Assembly (NCBI RefSeq): GCF_964355755.1
Contig: NC_092671.1
Span: 10,788,001 to 10,852,000 of the forward strand
From: Antedon mediterranea
Taxonomy: Eukaryota > Animalia > Echinodermata
DNA: 64,000 nucleotides
Direction: 5' to 3'
Both the position numbers and the translations under genes were made by a program. Positions 52,696-64,000 of this stretch are shown piece by piece. The notes under the pieces were generated by a model that was not told the origin of the DNA, did no database searches, and worked only from the letters and a program-made list of their open reading frames with translations. The stretch's first letter is position 1, and every line of letters starts with the position of its first letter.

Positions 52696-55656
52696 ATGAA
52701 TATATTATCTTCTGTTATTAAGTGTTTGTTCGGTTTGGTAGTTGTATTTTTGGGTAAGTTTTAAAATTATCGGATATGCATTCAAGGGAGTATTCCACTG
52801 GTTTATCTATATCCACAGCGAAAATGAATTGTAATACGGTTTATTTGATACACATGCCTTTGTAAAAATCCCTTTCTGACCCCCATATACACATCCTATT
52901 CGAAATCATTAACACAGCTGTACCAACCAACCAGATAGTACCAAGGAAATAATTTTGTTTACAGGATTTTATACTGTTATCTCTCTATATTTTGCCAAGT
53001 TATTCATTAATTCATTTATTCATGAATAATCAGATATTTTTCATGAATTTGAGCTCTGTTAACACTTCTGTAAAATAATAATAACACTGACATTTAAGAG
53101 CTAAAATTCACATTTTTGTTGCCCGAGTTTTCATTTTGCTTGGCTCAGCTTTTAAATGGGCAAAAGCAACACTAATATAGTGTTAAATATCAGAAACTTA
53201 CAAGACGTTGTTCAGTGATGAAACGTCTCATATTATTGCAAGTTTTCTTTGATTTGTCTGACTGCCGGTGCACACAATCTAAAATAAGGTAGGCCTACAC
53301 TCGAGTTACACGCGATATATTGATACGTTTCGATAATAATACTGATATATATAAATATTATATGTTTAAACCATATGTTATAAACCTTTACAGGAACGTG
53401 CAACGCCATTAAATGCCACCAGTGTTATCGTCTAGGCCTACATGGTATTGTTATTGAAAACGACAGAAAGGAATGCCAGGACCCTTTTACTGGAGATGGT
53501 GTCCACACGATTGAATGTGATACAGGCTGTATCGTAAGTGTGTAAAGCCTTCACAATATAAGCATGTTTCGTTTTGATGACGTCATCATGTTGACAATTA
53601 GAATAAAAGGTGGGTCCCTTAATTTCACCTATGCTACACTGTATGTAGTATTCATACAGTATAATACTGTGTTATAATATAAGACACAAAATAGACAGAA
53701 TTTAGTACTAACAACATATCTGGTCGTAATGGCGTAATCTTTTTTCTGTCTGCATAACGTAGGCTACGTTCACGTTTTTGTGCGGATAACTAACTAACAA
53801 ATCTACAGTAGTGCTTATTTGATTTTGCGTAACTACATAACCGGAGAGGAGAGTCTTACATCACCATGTCTTGAAAATTGTATATTTGTAGTGACAATTA
53901 AAACTGATGTTTTAATATTAAACATAAAAAATGGGGATGATTTTGTTTTTATTTAAAATCAGAATTATTCATCTATGTAATGATTTATCGACTTCGAAAA
54001 TCACAGTGCTCGATGTTAAAACACTAGCGTATAGCCTTGAGAATATCCGCAAGGCATCTTTGGCTAAAAAAAATCTTTTAAAAGGCGCATTCTATAAGCT
54101 GTTTGTAATTATGATCTTTTAAAACCCCTTTGTCTGTAAATATTACTAGAATATGTTGCGAGTAACATTTCAAAATTACGAGAACAAACTGCTCCATAAA
54201 ACATTAATAATGCACATGGTGGCCGTTGCATGCCCCTTTGAGTCTTTGGGAATATGTAATTTCGTTGCTGTCAATGGTGCGGCTTTTTTGATAACATGTG
54301 ATGCAGCGGAATGTATGCATAATCTTACGATAATAACGGCATTTTATGTGTTTTAAAATTTATCAATAACTTCTCTTATTGCTCGTAAAACAACATTACA
54401 GATTACACTCAACAGTGCCTTAAATAAATAATGCAGGCCTGTTACAACGGTCCTACGCATGGTAGATCTACTACATGTCGGGTAACGATTATACATTAAA
54501 GTATTACAATATTTATATATCAATTATATTATATAGGTATATAATATAGGTCTAATAATAATAACGATGATTTTTAAGATAATGACGATATACACTGCAG
54601 TATAATGGATATGTGGATGAGGAATAGGTTGATAAATGACGACGATGAAAATACAAAATATTAATAAAAAATTGTATACTGTATTAAATACATTTTAAAA
54701 GACAATAGTATACGGTAATCAATACATAGAACCATGACTTTTAGTGTAGGCTACAAATACAAAATACATCGACAATTGTCTATAATAATAACCAACTAAT
54801 GGTATATTGTTGACTAATGACGGGGATAAAACACTACACCGTTTGGCGCATAATTAATCTGTGTGTGTCGAGAACATAAGATTTTAATCTATGAATCTAT
54901 AGAGTCTTTTACTACTATATTTTTGAATTATTAATGTTCAAGTCGAACATCTATAATGCTTGCTTTCTATGGTCAATAAGACTATAAGTTTGCATATTGA
55001 CCGACTACCGTGACTAGATACCGTTATTACTACACTGACATAACACAAGTAATATCCAACATTACTCCCCTGCCACCCAACCCCCGCTATCTTCCATAGC
55101 CCCTAGCCCCTGCTCCGACAGACAGGAACGTATTAACCTCTGCTGGAAAAAGATCTAAAAGTACTAAATAAAAATCTCGAGGTCTTGGGTTAGAGTGCTT
55201 TATCTTCTGTATTTGTTTTTACAACCAAACTATAACGCATGAATTATTAATTTAACAATACTATAATTTTACTATCTGAAAGCGAAAGAAGACGTGCAGC
55301 CAAGAACGGTAAAGACAATTTCCGTTAGTCATCAAGTCGCCACGACCGAGACTCGAAGCATTTCTTATACATTTATGTTATGAAAATATCAGTATGCATA
55401 TTAAATAAATATTTTTGTTTCATCTATATAGAAAGACGAAACGATCTTTGCTAATGAAACAAGCATAGTGAACAGACGAGGGTGTAAAGACATAGCTACA
55501 AAATGTGAATGTGAAGAGAAAGACAATGGAGAAGACCGATCATGTTGTTTACTGTGTGACGATCGTGATCTTTGTAACACATCAAGTTTTTTACAAAGTA
55601 ACATGATGGCTATACTTTGGTCATTGCCGCTAATTCGTTTAGTTCTCAACTGGTAA
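52696..55656 (+). CDS. Ly6/uPAR three-finger (quiver/sleepless-like) GPI-anchored protein; exons 52696-52753, 53394-53533, 55432-55656
   Basis: Signal peptide MNILSSVIKCLFGLVVVFLG|TCNA, then IKCHQC, ECQDPF, IECDTGCI|K, RRGC, CCLLCDDRDLCN and a hydrophobic GPI tail. GT-AG junctions are in frame. Confidence 0.85.
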
Positions 55657-58600
55657 ACGAATCACATAAACTTTTTGTCGTACTTTTCACCAAATTCTCT
55701 GTACTAGATCTCCAAATATGGCGTTCGTTTAGTTCTTAACTGATAAAAAAATCACATAAACTTTGTGTCGTATAGAAACTTTTCACCATTCTGTACTATT
55801 ATACAAACTTTTCACCTAATTCTCTATCTCCAAAATATGGCTTTCGTTTATTTCTTACCTGATGAAAGAATCACGTAAACTTTTCTCCTTACAAACAGGC
55901 GTCACATGTGATACGTAAATGCCACTGTATTAGTGCCGTGATACAGGACAAATTACGATTACAATAATCGACCTTTGTAGGAACACTAAACTAAAATTGT
56001 TAAAACAAAGAACAAATTTAGTTATATTAAAAATATAGTCTTCAACAAAGTTCAACATTAAAAAAAATTAAAGTTTCATTAACAGAAAGAGATTTTTCCT
56101 GATAAAAGAAAAACCACAAACAGTTAAAGTAACGTCATATACGATATTACACACATTATACAGTTGTCTAGGTTACAGACAGAGATTTGACTTAATATTA
56201 GTAAAAAGATAAATATTTTGGCAAATATGGCGTTTCATATGTATACTACTTTTAGACAAACTTTGGAAAGCCTCGAAATTTACAGGGGCATGTCTAACAG
56301 TAAAACAATCTTTTTCTGATATTATCATCCAAAATATAAAAAAAAGATTACTTTTGGTGGATTACGGACAAAATGCAAGTTATTTCTTGCCAACTATTGT
56401 TTATTAGCTGACATGTTATTAGTGCAATATTGCGCAATGCATCAGCGGCACTTTTGAATAAAAACATCGGATAATATAACTGCATTATCGCTGATTAGAC
56501 AATTGGTTTTTGGAATTACCTGAAACATATTTTCAATTTATGTATTAGTATAAGTTATAAATAAATGTAGATTGTTACGTAAAGTCACGGTTTGTTGTAA
56601 ATATTACTGCTTTAAATCGATAGGTTATTTCCAGATATGACTTACACATTTAATAGCAGATTTATACATTTATACGTACTTAACTCGTAAAACTGGAAGT
56701 TGTCGATAATATATATATATAAAAAAGTATAAAACCTATATTTGTAATATACTTAATAAACATTTTTATTTTGATACAATCATATAAAAACGTGTAAAAT
56801 TATTTTGTATGTACCTTCGTATAATAATGTCTAAAAATGTCACTATTCTTCAATTAATATATTGATACTGCTTTTAACAATTGAGTAGGATTCTTTGCGA
56901 TGTATAAGTAATTGAAATAATGCTTCATACGTGACGTCACGAAAAAAACAAGTGCGCGTACAAATTGTGTTGAGTGTTGAATATGTACCCCCAAATGACT
57001 GTTGCGTTCCCACAATTTGTGACTCATTTGTATCGTTCATGTGTGTAATGTTAATCAATGTGTGTTAGAAAAAACAAGATATAATAGGCCTATTTTTAAT
57101 GAACGCTAAATTGGTTTAGTATAGGTTTGAGAGCAAGTTTTCTGAAAGAGTTTATGAAATGAATAATTATTACATATTTTACTTAAGATAATATTTATGT
57201 TAATTATTTAAGTGTATTTCATTTCAAAATATCACATTGTGTATTTTTGCATTCTTATATATAAATAATCGTAAGACATAGGTCTATTTATTTAAAATTT
57301 AAACTTAATTCTGTATATAGGCCTATTTATAGAATATTAGTTATATTTGTATTTCTAATCTATGTTATTGCGTGGTAATTTATTTAGTAAAGCGTTTAAA
57401 AAAAGATTATATAATATTACATGTAGAAAATAATTGTATTATTAGCCTAATAGTGGAACAAGAATTATGATATTGTATTTTTATGAATTATGTTTGTGAA
57501 GTTGGACAATAAATTATTTTGTGTTAATTAAAAAGGGGGATTGATCAAATTCCCTCTTACACAATAAGCATGTACCTCGTATTGCTTCTACAGTACAGGA
57601 TACGTTGGAGAATAACAAGAAGGCCAAATCATCCTTTTACATCGAGATCACCCGAACCACTATGTACCCTTATCCTAACTGTAAATGTTAATACAGCTGA
57701 GACTGTTGTCTGAGATGATAGCCAAAACTGTATACAAGCTGATTTTAGTCAAATGTTTTCTTGTGTAGTCAAATATATTCAATTTTATGTCTTTAATATG
57801 TTGTTATGAGACATCTAGTGATGAAGTATAATACCTGCGGCATCATTTTAAAAATATATTTCAATTTCGAACAATCGTACAAATCCCTGTTCGTTGTACA
57901 AACCTGAGATGAGATCTACCCATTAATATCACCTTCGTAATTAAAACCTATACTATGTATACGTCCACAACATACGTCGTATTTGTCCACAACAAATGAA
58001 ATATAATATCATTTGGACATATGACAATACAACTGGAAATTACCATTCAGTGACACAATACACCTTAAATAATGATGTTCTTTTAATCAAAACTTTAAAA
58101 GATAGTAACTTGTATTCATTTATTTAATATTTATCACTTTGTATTATCTAATGATCTATACTGAGGTACAAAAAATTGTAAGATTTTGACAATAAAGTAG
58201 ACTTATCTTGTATCTTAAAATTTAAGCAATGTATAGACATGCATACATTTTGAAACTAAATAATACATGATTGAAATAAAAATCTTAACATTTTCTGTAC
58301 AACAAAATATAGAAATTAGTGCGTGCTTTCTTCGTTGAATACCGACAAAGAAAGATAATGATGAGAATCGACGGGATGATCAGGCTTAAGACAGAAGACC
58401 AACTTTACATATTACAATTCTTTTCTCTGTGTTGAATGACTAAAGCTCTGTCTAACACAATCAAACTGTATGTGATAAAAAAAATGTGATGTGCCCATAT
58501 ATGGAAATGATGATGTCATATCACTACCATTATTTAAGCATATCGTATTTGGGCACTAGTTTGATAGTGTAGACAGAGGTTTAGTTTGGTTTAAAAAAAA

Positions 58601-59781
58601 ACGTTTAAATCACAACAATTATGGGGTTTATTTTAGATCGTGTTGCACCTTCGAGATCAATACAGATTTAACAAAACGTTCTAACAGACTAATATTAATA
58701 CTGTTAAACCACTTAAAACATTAGTAAATTTGACATGGATGACCAAGTATACCAATATAATACATCTTCCACACCACTATTTAATATAGAAATATTTTTA
58801 ATCTGAAAACTAAAACTAACCTTTTAAAACAAAGCTCAAAAAGGTTACATCTTTAAATGAGAGATTAAATACAATGAAAAACATCAACGATTAAAAAAGA
58901 TACTTGTAAATGTCGATGACCCGAAAAACGCAGTCCGATATATTGCATTAGCATTTTGATAATTTAAAAATAGATTTCGTTAAGGCGATAATAGCTGTCA
59001 CGGCGGCACGGTCTCGTCTCTCATATAGAATTAAGCGTACATAATACACACAAAACACATCTGTCAGTGTCCAGTCTCCACTTTCAGTGGATCTTAATTC
59101 GGACTCTACTTTTGAAGGAAATAGGCAATAAGGAATGATGGCAATTGCCAACCAGAAAAAAGAACAGAATGTATTACATTTGATTTATTTGAATTCAGAA
59201 CACGATTTCTCTGTTAGTGGAGATACAGTATGCTATTTATTGTTATAAAGTAGCAATTAATATGCTTTTAATCAGATAATTAATCATATAAAAGAGTTGC
59301 TTAATTCCATGAAAATGTGTATGATTGTTTCCTAACTGAATAACAAGGTTACAAACGTACTATTTAGGCTGCAGAAGAAATAGAGTACAAATACGACTGA
59401 TAGTTACGACTTTATTTTCTGAAAAGGTAATTCCTGATTTTTTTTTAATCAACTAAAATATGGACTAAAATAATACCAATAGGCACATCTTATCATTATT
59501 ATAATAATCCAATTATCGATTCCATCCGATTCTGCAGCTGTCATTAGTTATCACCTAACTGACTATCGCAAGTTACTGAGATACAAGCATAGTAATAATT
59601 TCAAAACATTATCTTTGTCACTAGGTCGTGTCTACAGAAAAAATATAATTGTTTAATACACGTTATTACCCAATGCACTGGGTGGAATTTTAGAAAAGTT
59701 TCTTTAAGATCTATACATAGTGAAATTTACACTTTTCTTCTATAATTTTATAGTTTTTTGTAGTATAATAATGATGTAATA

Positions 59782-61755
59782 TTACGGACTATCTTTCCTA
59801 CTAAAAACACTTACAAAATGCTTTTCTACGACAACCATTTTGTCATCATTAGTACAGGTGATGCCCAGAGGATATTCTAACCCAGTTATTACACACATGA
59901 CGTATTGGTATGTGCCATCCGCAGAGTTATTCAACATATGAACAACTTTCATCGTCCAGTCTAAAATGTACAAGTTATCATGTTTGTCAAAACATATGCC
60001 TGTAAGGTCCATGTCTGTATTTTCTGTCTTTGTGGACGGTATTGTTACCTCATGGATGTCCTGGCCATCTTCATTAATAAGCTTCACTTTGCTCTGCGTG
60101 TGCAAACTTACGTTAAATGCTACCGCTAGTTGGTGTTTTGAGTTTATAGCAATGCTCCATGGGCTAGGACATGTGATCTTCCAAATTAAAGACCCATCTG
60201 CATAGTAAAAACGTAGCGTATCGTTCTGCCAGTTTCCAATCGCTACTCTGCCATCCCGACCAACAGCAAGACAGGGACCAGTTGATTCATTTGACGCTAC
60301 AAATGCGAGTTTATTAAGAAGGTTGCCTTTCATGTTATATGACGTCATATCGGTACATTCTTCTTGAACGATCAGTATTCGTCCATCAGGAGTAATTGCA
60401 ACGTCCAAAGGGCCTTGTTTAGCATTAAGTGGTTCTTTCGCCACATTGATTGTCAGTTTAAGTTCTCCGGTTGCAGTATACATCTGTACCTTACAATTAT
60501 TTGTATCTGTAATCACGATATCACCATGTTTGGTTACTGCTGCCCGCCGGGCATATCCGAATTCTTTAAGACCTGTGCCTTGTTTCCCAAATTTTGAAAT
60601 ACAAGAAAGCGATGTCGTAAAGAATGAATCACCCCTAGAACTGCTTCCGCTTCTGTTTAGACCAGATCCTTTCTTTTCTAGCCTAGGGCGTGGAGCCGGC
60701 TTTGGCTTGTCACTAGACAACACTCCAACATCTTTGGGAAGCTTTAAGTTATCATCAATTTTACAATCTGTGAACAACCTTGACGCAGTGCTTTCAATTT
60801 CTGTTCGAATACTTACTACGTCACGATCGCTGCCTAAATTTAAAATTTCATTCAAAAAGTCGACATTTGTTTGTAAGAACTTTAATTTATTTTCAATTAA
60901 AGATTTTTTATTTTCTATTTTACCAAACTTTTTATCCACCTGACTTTCAATCCTAGTTAACTGTTTTGCTTCCTCTTGTTTGATTAATTTTATTTTCTCT
61001 TCACTAGAACTAACGACGTCTGATTTCATTTTACTGGCTTTCTGTGATATGCTGTTTTCAATTGTTTGAATTTCGTCAATTGCATCATGGAAACATCCTT
61101 TCTTCTTCTTTAGGTCATTCATTTTATCTATAACTTTATTTCGACATTTTGACGCTGCATCTCGGACATCCACATAATTATGCACTGGTCTAGGATGATC
61201 AACAACCGTGCATTCACGGCAAATAGTAACGTCACAACTTTGGCAAAAGTACCTTTGATTTTCTTCTTCGTGACGTGGGCATTTGCTTACTTTACGTGAT
61301 TTTTTGTAAAGTGTTCGTAAACTCGTGGTTTTTAGTTCCTCCAGTGAGTTCACGACATGTTCTTGAAACATCTTGATTCTCTGATGAGATTCCACACATT
61401 TTGCGCAGAGAAACTCGTCACATTCAAAACATCGGCCAGTTGCAACTTCACGGGAATCACACAGCGTACAGACAATAGGTTCGCTTGGATTCTTGATCAA
61501 TTGATGGATTTTATTAAAATTCTGCAGATTTAAGATCAAAGAATTCACCTTTAAAGCGGCTAATCCATCTTTATCTAAAACGGTTTTAAAATCACATTTT
61601 GGACAAGCGATCCTACTTCTCATCGGTTCAATGTGCTTAGTAAGGCAATCTTTACAGAAGCTATGTAGACAATGTAACACTCGTGGATTACTATAGTTCT
61701 TAAGACAAACCGAGCACTCAAGAAATTCTTCTATCAAATGTAGTTTTGCAGCCAT
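59782..61755 (-). CDS. TRIM-NHL E3 ligase (RING, B-box1, B-box2, coiled coil, NHL repeats; TRIM2/3/71-like)
   Basis: Intact 657-aa ORF: CSVC..PRVLHCLHSFCKDCL..CPKC, CTLC..CFECDEFLCAKC..HQR, CPRH..FCQSCDVTICREC..DH, NHL motifs FGKQG..GDIVITDTNN, GICFDKHDNLYILD, YPLGI. Confidence 0.93.
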   Translation of the reverse strand: MAAKLHLIEEFLECSVCLKNYSNPRVLHCLHSFCKDCLTKHIEPMRSRIACPKCDFKTVLDKDGLAALKVNSLILNLQNFNKIHQLIKNPSEPIVCTLCDSREVATGRCFECDEFLCAKCVESHQRIKMFQEHVVNSLEELKTTSLRTLYKKSRKVSKCPRHEEENQRYFCQSCDVTICRECTVVDHPRPVHNYVDVRDAASKCRNKVIDKMNDLKKKKGCFHDAIDEIQTIENSISQKASKMKSDVVSSSEEKIKLIKQEEAKQLTRIESQVDKKFGKIENKKSLIENKLKFLQTNVDFLNEILNLGSDRDVVSIRTEIESTASRLFTDCKIDDNLKLPKDVGVLSSDKPKPAPRPRLEKKGSGLNRSGSSSRGDSFFTTSLSCISKFGKQGTGLKEFGYARRAAVTKHGDIVITDTNNCKVQMYTATGELKLTINVAKEPLNAKQGPLDVAITPDGRILIVQEECTDMTSYNMKGNLLNKLAFVASNESTGPCLAVGRDGRVAIGNWQNDTLRFYYADGSLIWKITCPSPWSIAINSKHQLAVAFNVSLHTQSKVKLINEDGQDIHEVTIPSTKTENTDMDLTGICFDKHDNLYILDWTMKVVHMLNNSADGTYQYVMCVITGLEYPLGITCTNDDKMVVVEKHFVSVFSRKDSP

Positions 61756-63739
61756 GTTTCTCTGCTACTAAAATCACATATAAAGGTTCTCAAAATCAGC
61801 AACGAACAAATAAAAATTGTTAATATGTCCTCTGTTTAAAAACATTCTCCATTCTCGTAAATGTCCGCACACTAATTTTATAGCAAGCCCATCATTGTTT
61901 CATTTAATACAATACACTTAATGTGTTGCTGCGTTTTGAATGAGTAATACAACGTAGCGTATAGTTCTTCCTCATCGGATGCTACGTGGAAGTCTAATTT
62001 AAAACTTCCGCCATTGATGTCACTCGAGTTTGTTTGTCGTTTGAGGTGCCAGAAATACATACATAGATGTTGTATATTGTATTGCGTACGTCTTTGCCAG
62101 ATCACGATAAAACTAACCTAATTATAATTGTAATGAGTTAATTTGAATAATAGTGCGGTTTATTAGTAACGCTTAACGTGAATTATCGTTGAAAAAGAGA
62201 CCCGATAGCAAAGAATCGTTGTTATTTATGCCTCTGTTTTGTATACTATAAGTTATTTATTATCTTAGTGTATACAAATCCAAAGGCAAAATGACAATGC
62301 TGTGGGTATCAGTGGCTGGATCGCTGCAATGGAGATACAATAACAAGAGCGAAAAGCTAAATCAAAACGATAAAGTAAAACAGCAAGAAAAGTTAGCAGC
62401 GAGCTTTCGGTCAACACTAGCCCTTCATCGGTGCAAGTGTATGTATATGTATATAGATTTTTTTTTTTACTTTTTTAAATGGTGGCTATGACTCACATAT
62501 TGTTTTGCTTTTTATAGGATATTTCATTTCTTGCACTTCTACTATGTAATGTGTGTGGTAAAAAAAAATATATACTATTCGCATTCCCAATTATAGGCTA
62601 AATGTTAAAAAAAGACAGAAAAAAAACCCCCCAAAACAAGTCAATTAAAGGAAGGTGTAATGAAAGCTAGAGAGGGAACATGATATATTAATAATCAATC
62701 GGTTATATTTTAAGTTGATGAAGAATTGTATAGTCAGTTAAAATCCCAGTCAACAAACCTAGGCAATCAGCAAAAATGGGCATTTATAACTGGGCCATGT
62801 GAAGTGATATCACTTTCTTTTATTCAATACGTTTTACTGATTATTGTCTTTTCCACTGTCTAATGAAGATCTATTGTAGAAAATCAATTTTCTCTTTGGA
62901 GACTGAAATCTAATCTTCGCATACGTGTGCTACACTAATATTACTACATACAATCGTCATGCTTTCGATTCATTAGGCAGAGAAGAAGTTGTCATAATTG
63001 GTTGTATTTGTAATAGTGCAATCAGAAAATGTAGGCTTATAAGTAAATGATATGGGTTCCATCTTCAATTATAATCTGTCTCTGAATCTTCTATACTGCT
63101 CCTAAAATACTAGACCTACTAACTAGCAGAAAGATACCAATAAAACTGAAGCATGACTAAAGCACAAAATATTAAAAAAAATAAGTGCTAAGGCATAAAC
63201 AAATCATCATTTTAAAAAAATGTCTTTACTCGGGTGAGGAGTAAGCCTGACGTAGGCCACGTGATACTCAACGTTTTAATATAAATTAGTATAGTATTAC
63301 CGTAACAACTCGAATAGGCCCACTATGATGTAATTATAGGCCTAGTATTCTACTTCTAGCCTATTTTGCCGTGACCGCCGTTTAATAATTCATGACCATG
63401 TACATTAAATTACACAGGCCTAGTTACTAATAATAATTGAATCAATAATGCATTAATTAATAATTTAACTGCAGCGGAAAATAAGTAATTGAAGGCCGCT
63501 TTACTACGGTAAATTTCAATCAGCTTCATGTTAACAACAATCTTAAAAAAGGTTGACAATAAAACAAAAATGTTTTCTACATCGTCGAAAGCATGGTGCG
63601 CGAGTATATTAATATTCATTTCATGACGTCGTGAAAAAAAAGCGCAACCAATCAGAACTCATGAATGTTCGAATTTCATTCGCTACTGGTAATATCTGTC
63701 ACTGGTGGTGGAAACAGGCTTTATAAAATCGTATCGCTA

Positions 63740-64000
63740 ATAATATTATATTAAATAATAATAATAATATTACACTTTTATAAAGCGCTAATTACTGATG
63801 TCTCAGCGCTAAAATATCAACAAGAATTATTGAAAAAGGCGATATTTTAGAAGTGACTTGAATTGCTTAGGAGATTTACATTGACGGATATGGAGTGGAA
63901 GCTGGTTCCAAACTAGTAGCGCTTGTGCAAAAAAACCCCACTTGGGGTAAAATTTAAGGTGTGATTTTGGAGTAGATAAAATAATTATTTTTATGTTATA
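63740..64000 (-). mobile_element. L2-clade LINE 3' end
   Basis: Minus strand encodes WNQLPLHIRQCKSPKQFKSLLK..LF*, followed by AGCGCTGAG...TAGCGCTTTATAAA and a (TTA)n-like tail. Confidence 0.7.

Noticed and set aside
59966-60943. Plus-strand ORFs overlapping the TRIM gene (likewise antisense ORFs over the CR1 and repeat exons)
   Set aside because: Shadow ORFs with no recognisable motifs.

Overview
AT-rich eukaryotic (invertebrate animal, plausibly echinoderm) genomic DNA with spliced genes and many transposon insertions. The left ~42 kb is a segmentally duplicated, immune-like locus. A minus-strand multi-exon gene (18.7-25.8 kb; a second copy runs off the left edge, and a third is truncated) encodes an N-terminal SAM-like domain, duplicated micro-exons, five divergent helical/TPR-like repeats (the four complete ones ~260-290 aa, on phase 1-1 exon modules), an acidic linker and a C-terminal RHIM-like FQIG motif. 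It is associated with a small death-domain-only gene: one intact copy, one pseudogene and one deleted copy. Flanking homology suggests the two genes were ancestrally head-to-head. The locus contains CR1, RTE/RTE-X, Tx1, Penelope (with a minimal hammerhead motif), EnSpm/CACTA, SINE, HINE and MITE insertions. The right ~22 kb holds more ordinary genes: a SPACA9-like gene, a CHST1/3-like sulfotransferase, a Ly6/quiver-like GPI protein and a single-exon TRIM-NHL gene. All family calls come from motif recognition by eye; no database searches were run.
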